Shown here piece by piece: positions 53,179-64,000 of a stretch of DNA of 64,000 nucleotides. The notes under the pieces are model-generated. The model had not been told where the DNA came from and did no database searches. It saw only the letters and a program-made list of their open reading frames with translations. The position numbers and the translations under genes are program-made. The DNA lies in NCBI RefSeq assembly GCF_009914755.1, contig NC_060934.1. One strand, 5' to 3'. This DNA comes from the human T2T-CHM13v2.0 reference genome, Homo sapiens. How positions within the stretch are numbered: the stretch's first letter is position 1; each line of letters opens with the position of its first letter.

Positions 53179-56100
53179 CTCTCCTGCAAGGATTAGAAGA
53201 AAAGCAGCAACACTGATACTTGTGTGCACCTGATTTGGCCAATAGGATCAACAGTGAAAAGACAGAAGAGGCAATACCAGCAGTCCCCATTACAGTCTCC
53301 ACCTCCCCGTCTTCCTCTGGGTGCCAAATGATGGGAAGATGAGCTTCATCTGACCATTTCTTCTCCCTGTCTCCTGTTCCCCTTCCCAGTTAAACAGGTT
53401 AGATTGAAGGCCCTTGCTGTATTTCTGTAGAGCTAAGCAGCCCTTAGAGGAAAACAGTTCAACTCTGACTTTCCTAGTTGTTTTTTTATTGAGAGCCACC
53501 CTCATACCCTGTAATTTTGTCCCAAATCAAATATCAACCTACCAACAACTGCCTGGCTGGGAAGTCTGGGGAAGGGATACAGAGCTTGGTGGGCCTAACA
53601 CCATTCATATTCCTTACCCTCTGTCTCTCCTCCCTGTATCCCACCTATGGTTCAGTGTTGCAAGAGTCTGGGCTTGGGGTCTTTAAAACCAGCAGGGGGA
53701 AATGATAAAAAGAGAGCTGCTTTCCCTTTTACCTTGAGGTATTCGTCCCTCGGGACAGAGCACAGCTTGTGCAACTCTGGTAGCGTTACCCTGTGACACT
53801 GTTTTGAGGTCCACTTCCTTTCTTTCCTCTGGGAGGAATGTCTTCTGTCTTTGGTATTATAGTTCATCTTCCCATTCTTTTACTTAGTGCATTTGTGCAG
53901 ATATTTTTAACTCTGTACATCAGAAGAGAGCCCTTGGTAACCAGTTTTGCTCTTCTTCTGCCACTCCTCCCTGCTTGCATCTCGTTGCTGGCAGAGTCCT
54001 CTTGTACTTCAAGAAAGCAAAGTGATTTTGTCTGCTCCTAGAGCAGGTCCATACCAAGTAATAGAGGCACTTTAGCTTCCACTTGGTGGGTAAGGCCTGA
54101 TCATAGTATTCTGTCAGATAATGCCTAAGAATGACCGCTGAAGAACGTTGACCCATTTGAGTACCCGGTCTCAGTCGTCATTTTTAAGTCCAGTGAGCAT
54201 TGTGGTAGTTGTTCTTAGATTGCAGTTTCTTATGTTTTGAGTTTGAAGTTGATTTTCAGAATGTTCTTAGAAAAGAACTGCATTTTTTTCCTTTGTGGAT
54301 CTGCTTTGTTTGGCTGCTGGGATAGATAAGCATGGGCTTAAAAAATGTGTTCCTCCCAGTTTTCTTGCCTTTCCTGTTGTACTCTGAATTTCTCTCCCTA
54401 CCTCCCTCACTTTCTTCCTCTCTCCTTCCTTTCCTTCCTTTTTCTCTACCAGGCCATTTTTCAAATTTACATCAAAGATACCTGAAGTGTTGGTATCTGA
54501 GAATATCTGTCACTCCTCTTATCTGAGAAGTGACCTTTTATTTTTAAGATGACTACAGACCTATTTTTAGATATGTTTTCAGTACAATTTTGAACAGCAA
54601 CTTTTTAATTAAACATCTTCCAGTGTTAGGAAGTTGAGAAACGTTCATAGGCAAGTCTGCTGTTCTATGTCACCATCTTTTGTCTCCCCTAGTCCCCCAG
54701 GAGCTCTTTCCTTTCCCCTCTAGTTTTGGGTGTGCATGTTTGGAGTTTGTAGTGGGTGGTTTGTAAAACTGGACCATTCTGCCTTGCTATGGGTTGTTCA
54801 AGAAAGCCTCATTCTTTTCTGTGACCCTTTCGCTTTTGCATTCACCCTCCTTCCCACCTACCTGTCCTGGGGCTGTTGAGCAGCATAATAATCCCGGGAG
54901 AATGATTCCCCTCATAGAAAGACAAAAGCATCCATCCCCTCATAGTTAAGTAGCCACTGGTGTCCTGGGAATTTCTGGTTGGATTTGGTGCCCTGAACTT
55001 TTTTATTAAGAAATCAGATCCCAGGGTGAGAGTAACAGGCCATTTGGCCAAGAAAGAAACCTGTTTGTTTTTCTTTTGAACTATGAAAAGACCCTGTTTG
55101 TGAATATATTTTAGAAAGAGAGGAAGGATGTCTGCAGAACTTTGTTCTGTTTTCTGCCACAAAAATGTGAATAGTTCAGAGTGAAAACCTTTTGTGATGG
55201 TTGATGTCTCAGGAATAAGCTGGATCTCCAATGTTTTGGGGATGCTTTGAGTCTCAAAAAAAATTGATAATCAGAAAAGTAATTTTTGTTTGTTTGTTTA
55301 ATGTATCCCTGTTCTGTTTTTAATTAAACTCCAAGTCTCATTTTACATATTCTTGGAAAAACCTAAGTTGCGCTGTAATTTACATAAGAAGCATGCTCAG
55401 GACCTCTTTGTACCCCGGGGAGCCTGATTCTTTGGGAATGAAGCTTTTCATTCTTCATACACTGGCCTTGGCATCCTGTGGAATTTGACCCAACTAGCAG
55501 CTAGTCAGTCTGTCAGTGAGCAGAAGAGTGAACTCTTCTTGATCTTTATTGCTATGTGTGAAAACTTGGCTTCCTCACTGAACGGTGAGGAATGGATTTA
55601 AAGCATGAGCTTTAGTAGTATCAAGATGCCATTTTCCTTTTTCTTGCTGTCTTGGGGAGCTTCTGCATGTGACCCCCTAATCAGAAGGCATGTTTTTAGT
55701 ATTTCTTGGGAGTGTCAGCTGTATAATGCAGCAGCTGTTCAATCCCTTACCCTTCTCTGCAAGGACTTCCTTACAGCTTGGTGCAGTTCTTTCCCAGAGG
55801 CCACCACTACTAGACAGTCTTTCTTTTATCTTATGGAGATAAATTGGCATTTAAAAAATAATTTCACAAGGCATGAGATAAACTTTCAATAGATGATACC
55901 TTTGTGTCATGCCTCATGGAATTATTTTTAGAACAAGCCAGAGTCCATTGAGTGGTTTACCTCTGCATGTTTGGAGGGAACCTCACAGATGAAACCCTTA
56001 ATGAATAATGTGTCCGGGGTTTTTTAGAGAGAAGGAGCACTCTTAAGTTACCACTTTGAGACAGCTCTTAACATCTTAGTGACCATTTGTAGTTTTCTTT

Positions 56101-56342
56101 TTATGAGGAACCCATGCTTCTATACTTGGGCGGACAATCGAGCTTAATGAGAAGTGACTTCCCTTCAAATTCCAACAGCAGACATGCATTGTCATGATTC
56201 TGTCTTCTTTTTAGTGTGGTTTATTGAGTTCAGCAGTTCTCATATTCTGTTTAAATAGGTACAGCATTTTCAAGGGCACAGATACAGAGAAGCTGGCTTT
56301 CTAGGTATTGGGCTTCCAAGCCAAGAGTTTTGTCCTTCCACC

Positions 56343-56862
56343 TGTATTAGTTATCTATTGCTGTGTAAAAAATTACCCTAAATTTAGTATGTTAAAATAG
56401 TAAACATTATCTGTCAGTTTCTGTGGGTTAAGAATTTGGGAGTAGTTTAACATGATGGTTCTGGCCCATGGTATCATGAAGTTACAGTCAAGATTGAACA
56501 GGGGCTGCAGTCAGCTGGAGCTGGAGAAACCACTTCCAAGTTCTCTCTTTGTGGCCGTTGGCAGGATGCCTCAGTTTCTTCCCATGTGGGTCTCTGCGTA
56601 GGGCAGCATGAGTGTCCTCACACCATGACACCTGGCTTCTCCCTGAGCAGCTGATTCCAGAGATCATGGGGCAGGGCCAGGAGAAAGCTGCAGTGCCTTT
56701 TAAGACATAGTCTTGGAAAGGACACACCGTCACTTCTTATCCTAGTTGTTAGAAGCAAGCCACTAAGTTCAGCCTGCACTCAAGGAGAGAGGAATTACAC
56801 ATACCTCTACCCCAATGGAGCAGTAGCAAAGAATTTATGGACATATCTTAAAAGCACCACAC
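56343..56862 (-). mobile_element. MaLR LTR (MLT1-type) within the EIF4EBP2 3'UTR
   Basis: TGTATTAGTTATCTATTGCTGTGTAAAAAATTACCCTAAA...AGAAGCAAGCCACTAAG. Confidence 0.75.
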
Positions 56863-57648
56863 CCCAACTGGGGATGAAAGTAGGTCAACAGGGAGGTAGG
56901 TTTAATCTAGATAAGCTGAAAGATAGATTGCTATCAAAAACAGTTCTCCAAGATGTGCATAGCCAAACTGGGATAGAAGGCAAACTCCCCAAAGCTACCT
57001 GCTGGTTTTGAGAGGGGTGGTAAGACATGGCAATTCCCAGGAGTAGTAGAAAATAATATGCCTGACTACCAACAGCTCAAGTATGCTTATTTGCACATCC
57101 TAGACTTGGTGTCTGTAAGACTCAGTTACCACTTTTATTTTCCTGTAGCTAGGAGTTAGCAAAAGGAACTGGGGCCTTCCAGCCGAGCCACTAAACCTGT
57201 CTTATTTGGAATGGGGATTGTCCAGCAAAGGGAGCAAACATGAATTAGATGTTAAGCTATTGAGCTGAAGAAAAGAAAGCAGTTCACATTTAGGTGAAAT
57301 AGATGATGTTATCAGGAAGCCAGGTTCCCACCAGAGTCGGTGCTTGGTACCTGGTCTCTCCAGTCTCAACAGACTCAGGTCAGGTCTCTCACCCAGGAAG
57401 CAACCACTCAATAAAATAGAGAACATCTGAGAATTACAAATGTCTATGCTTGATTGCTCCTCTAAATCCAGTGCATAGGTTAACCCTGCATGCCCATTTC
57501 TTCCTGGGCTTCTTGATGGCAATGTGTTCTTAAATAACTGGTCTTGTGTTCATGCTAAAGACAAACTTACATGAAGTTTTTCAGTTTAAGACATTCTAGT
57601 GAATGGCTGCTATGTGTTTCTGGCACTCATTCCTAACCAAGTCTTTAG

Positions 57649-58080
<432 letters not shown>

Positions 58081-59990
58081 TGAGAGTATACTTGGATAAG
58101 AAGTATTGCTGTTGAGGGAGCTATAAGAAAAGGATTCTTCTTCCAGAAGTAAAGAACTCATCTTTAGAGTACCTTTAAATGAATTTTGTTTTTCTTTCCT
58201 ATTTTGAGGTGGATTGGTCTTCTCTTTTTTTGGGTTTCCAGCTCACTGGGACTCTCAGACCTTACCTTTCCAGCTCAAACACCATTAGTTAAATTCCTTC
58301 ATTCTCATTAGAATGCAGCCTGCTGAGTATGTGGGTTTCACTGCCGGAGTCCATCATTTAGCCAGTATACATAGAGGAACTGCTTCGAATCAAGGCAACT
58401 GGTGAAGGGCTTAGCATGTTGGCAGCAATATCCCAGAGATTGAATCTGTTTGCATTTTCCTCATCTAGCATAACAGCTGCTTGAAGCCAGGGCTCTTAGC
58501 CCTTTGCATTCCCCTTGAGCGAGGAAGCCACACTGCCTTTCTGTGTCTGGTTCAGAGCTCTTCCTTCTTGGCATGTTTTCTGGACTACATGCACATGGGC
58601 AGCTATAGATTAATCTGCAAAACCTAGTCACTTACCTACCCATAATATCTGGGAAGGTGTGGTATTTGTTTTAAAGAAACATTGTTTCTTTGGGAGGGCA
58701 GTTTCTGTCTGGACTTTGAGGTGGACTTAGTTATCCCTACAGTTCTTTAACTCTCAGCTTTTAATAAAAGATGAAATCAGATATTGATGCAGTTGGGTCA
58801 CAATTCTTTAGAATGCTTCTACCCCAGGGCCGCTTCCTGTTCCTAGTCATGGTTTTCCAGTTTAGTAGTGGAGTTTCTTGAGGCTAACTTACAGAAATTT
58901 CTAACTGAAAACTTTAAGAGTTATTGATACTTGTTTTTTCAGTCAGTCACTTACATCACCTAGCCTACTCTCTGGAATTTAAATTTATTTCTCTAGGCTG
59001 GTCCTGGAAGTTGATAACCTTTTGGCAAAGCTTAGATTTAGGAGAAGGCTTGAGTCCCTGTTCAGCGGGTCTGTGGATTCTCTTTGCTTATGGCTCTCTG
59101 CCTGCAGCCCTGGCAGACCATACTGTATGTCATGGATACCCAGTGGAAATATTACTGAGATGAAACACATTTCCAAGGGTATTTAAACTCTCACTCTGCC
59201 ACCTTTCTAAGGGTGGGAGGCTGGCAGAGATGCTGCAATGCTTGATAATCATTTGGCCACACTGAAATTTCCAAAGGGAGCTCTTGCCGGTGCTTAAAAC
59301 CAAAACTCCTGGACACTTAGAAAATTCCATGAATCTAGCACAAAATATCCATTCTTGCCCAAGTGTATCCCCTTTCTCTCCAGCTTAATCTTTTTTTTTT
59401 TTTTTTTTTTAAAGCCCAGGCCAAGGGTACTTTTAACTGGAAACTGGGGAGGAGGGAAGAACACTAGCAGGGAGCTAAGAGGCAGGTTGCTGGGTAAGCC
59501 ATCCTGCTCCTACCTGGTGCCTGTATCTACATTGCTGAGTGCTGTGCGCCAGTGCCTTTCCTTCATCTGCAGATGGAGCCCATCTCTTTCCACCTGGGTG
59601 AGGAGACCCTCTGCTACTCCAGGGGTAAACCTTAAAGAAGGTGTCTTGAAGAGCCCAAAGGACACTCACGTGCTAAGGTGTCCATTTTATGCATCTTTAA
59701 AATATTTTATTTAAAAAAAAAAATAGCCCTGCCCTGTCTTAGTGCCACTAACGGCCCAGTTCCATCCATTCTGAATGGAAAAGCGGAGACTGCCAGCACT
59801 TTCCTTGGTCTTCCCTTTGTCTCCCATGATGTGTTGTTCCCTCATCCCTCCCATCCATTTCACTGTGTGTGGATGGATAGCAGAGGGTACCACGCAGTCC
59901 TTGAGGCAGTCCTGTGTGATTCCATGATCAGTTGTTTTTGTATTTTAACTATTCTTCCAAACCAGCAGATGTTTGGAAATTAAGGAAAAA

Positions 59991-60068
59991 ATTAAATTCT
60001 CATCAATGGTTGCTGTTATAGTTAAATCAGTAAAGATCTTGAGTATCAACTTGGTGTTTTAATTTTTT
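59991..60068 (+). terminator. EIF4EBP2: Distal polyadenylation region of EIF4EBP2
   Basis: ATTAAA 59991-59996, AGTAAA 60029-60034, downstream TTGGTGTTTTAATTTTTT. Confidence 0.6.
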
Positions 60069-61035
60069 AAAAATTTCTGGTGAAATCCTGCTAAGGTTAT
60101 TTCACATTTCAGGAGTTTCAGCTGGTGGGGGAGATGGGCAGAGGTAAGAGGCAGTTGGCTCTTTATCTGTCAGTTCTCCACACTTGCGGAGCATGCACTT
60201 TGTCAATGTGGACCTGTGTATGCAAAGGAGATGGTGGGACTCTCAGGGAGCATGACCCTGGTCCTGTGCTCAGGAGCTTGCAGGTGAACATGTATATGCT
60301 GGGCTGACGGCACCCAAGCATGTCCTTCTCTTAAGTGCCAGCCCTGAGGAAGCCCAAACAACTTTTCCTTTCTCAGAAGAGGGGCTGCCTGTGCCCCTGG
60401 GAGCACTGGTTAGATGCCCATCATGCCTGTTACCTCAAACCAAGCTGTGCTGCATGAGCGTCAGATTCCCTGCTGTTAACTAATCCAGCGGGTTTCATGT
60501 ATTAGTCCTGAGAATGAGAATTCTTTCACGTGCACAGAGGTCCACAGAATAAAACTGGACTGGAGGAAGCTTTCCCATCGGAACTGTCTAGGGGTTTAGG
60601 GCACAGGCTTTGGAGTCAGGCAGCTTCAGTTCCAGCTGTGCTGCTTAGTAGCCAAATTACCCAGCAGAATTCTTATTCTACAAGCCTCAGTTTTCTCTAA
60701 AATAAGGTTAAGAAACAACTTTTCTAGGTGGTTGTCAGGCCCAGTTGATGTCATAAAGAGCCCAGTGCCTAGTATACTCAGCTCAGGAAACAGTATTTAA
60801 GGGACTCAAGCACAGCCCGGTTGACATGGACACCCAGAGATTATTCAGCCCCCTCTCCTCTTCCCTCCAAGTGTGTAAGTTTAGGAATGGAACAGGTTTG
60901 AGCACTGCAGCTACCACCTACTCATGGAACCTATAGAAGGACTAAAGGATCTCTTTAAGGGAAGATGGGACCAAAACCTTAAAAGCGCTTTCCTACATCC
61001 TTTACTCTGCCCTAAAGGCAATTAGGATAGGTAAG

Positions 61036-63242
<2,207 letters not shown>

Positions 63243-63374
63243 TGAGTAACAAAAGAGCCGATAAAGGTTAGATTAAGGGCATGTGGCAGGGACTGGGTTT
63301 AGCAAGCTTTATAAGCTTTAGAGGGAGGTAGGGATAAGGTAGCTCTTCCTATTCAGTCTACAGCTTAAAGCTCA

Positions 63375-64000
63375 TGGCTCTTCTGAGCCTGACAACAGAC
63401 ATTTAATATGAATGCATTAGGATTCACCAGCGTTCCTTTTACAAGTGGAGACTGGACAGTGAATTGCTCACCTGAGGTCGCACAGCTTCCAGTGGCTGAG
63501 CTGTGACCATAGAGCAAGTATCTTGCCACCCAGGGCAAGGCCTTCACCACTGCTGGATAGGAAGCTCAGAGGCCTCATTAATAGCACACATTGAGAGACT
63601 GAGGTGGATTGTCACCAACTTTAACAGACTCAGGCTGTGTCTGCGGAAGCAGACTGACGCAGGGATGTCTTCTGTAACCCAACATGGCCGGTCCTCTTGG
63701 ATGAGTTCCTGCCTCTGCCTTCACAGGCACCAGCTGGCCCAGGAGAACTAGACAATGGCTTTATTGTTGTACAGCTCATTAGCAGAGAACCACTCCAGTG
63801 AGCCTCTGGACAAGGCCAGTAGATTGCCACTGGCCAGCCAGAAAGCTGTGGGGCTCCCCCAACCCAGCCTGAGGCAATGAGATTGACGGACTCTTTTTAA
63901 TCTATACAGTGATCCTTAATCTTTGGGGAGGGGGACAGGTCACACACAGACTACTTTGGAGAATACATGAAAGCTATAGGTGACTTCATCCCACCTCCAA
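63375..64000 (-). other. NODAL: Probable 3'UTR of NODAL (last exon; CDS lies beyond the window)
   Basis: Unique sequence with minus-strand AATAAA (63765-63760) and ATTAAA (63407-63402); position ~3.3 kb past EIF4EBP2 fits the known gene order. Recognised from memory; no CDS is visible. Confidence 0.65.

Noticed and set aside
59699-59722. A-run at ~59713-59722 as the EIF4EBP2 3' end
   Set aside because: Genomic A-tract without a canonical upstream signal; more likely an internal-priming site

Overview
Human (primate) genomic DNA that I recognise as the Alu-dense chr10q22.1 LRRC20-EIF4EBP2-NODAL locus. The minus strand carries the 5' end of LRRC20: a CpG-island promoter, a probable non-coding exon 1 ending at 13605, and the first coding exon at 7513-7657. 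The plus strand carries the complete EIF4EBP2 (4E-BP2) gene: CDS 35459-35603, 51345-51530 and 53147-53178 (120 aa), with a 3'UTR of about 6.9 kb ending near 60050. The last ~630 bp are probably the convergent NODAL 3'UTR (minus strand). Between the two promoters is a CEP57L1 processed pseudogene with a 340-codon open frame, nested with an Alu inside a solo LTR8 that is itself inside a MaLR element. EIF4EBP2 intron 1 holds a 5'-truncated antisense SVA inserted into an AluY. The rest is roughly 50-60 Alus plus L1M, L2, MIR, MaLR and hAT relics. I cannot demonstrate a wholly new biological system. The best leads are: (i) the retrocopy appears to preserve an intronically polyadenylated CEP57L1 isoform; (ii) EIF4EBP2 exon 2 is symmetric, stop-free and Alu-flanked, so it could be skipped or circularised; (iii) the SVA has VNTR duplications and cryptic splice sites; (iv) two template-switch hairpins, one of pre-miRNA size. 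Gene and repeat-subfamily names come from recognition without a database search, and repeat boundaries are approximate.
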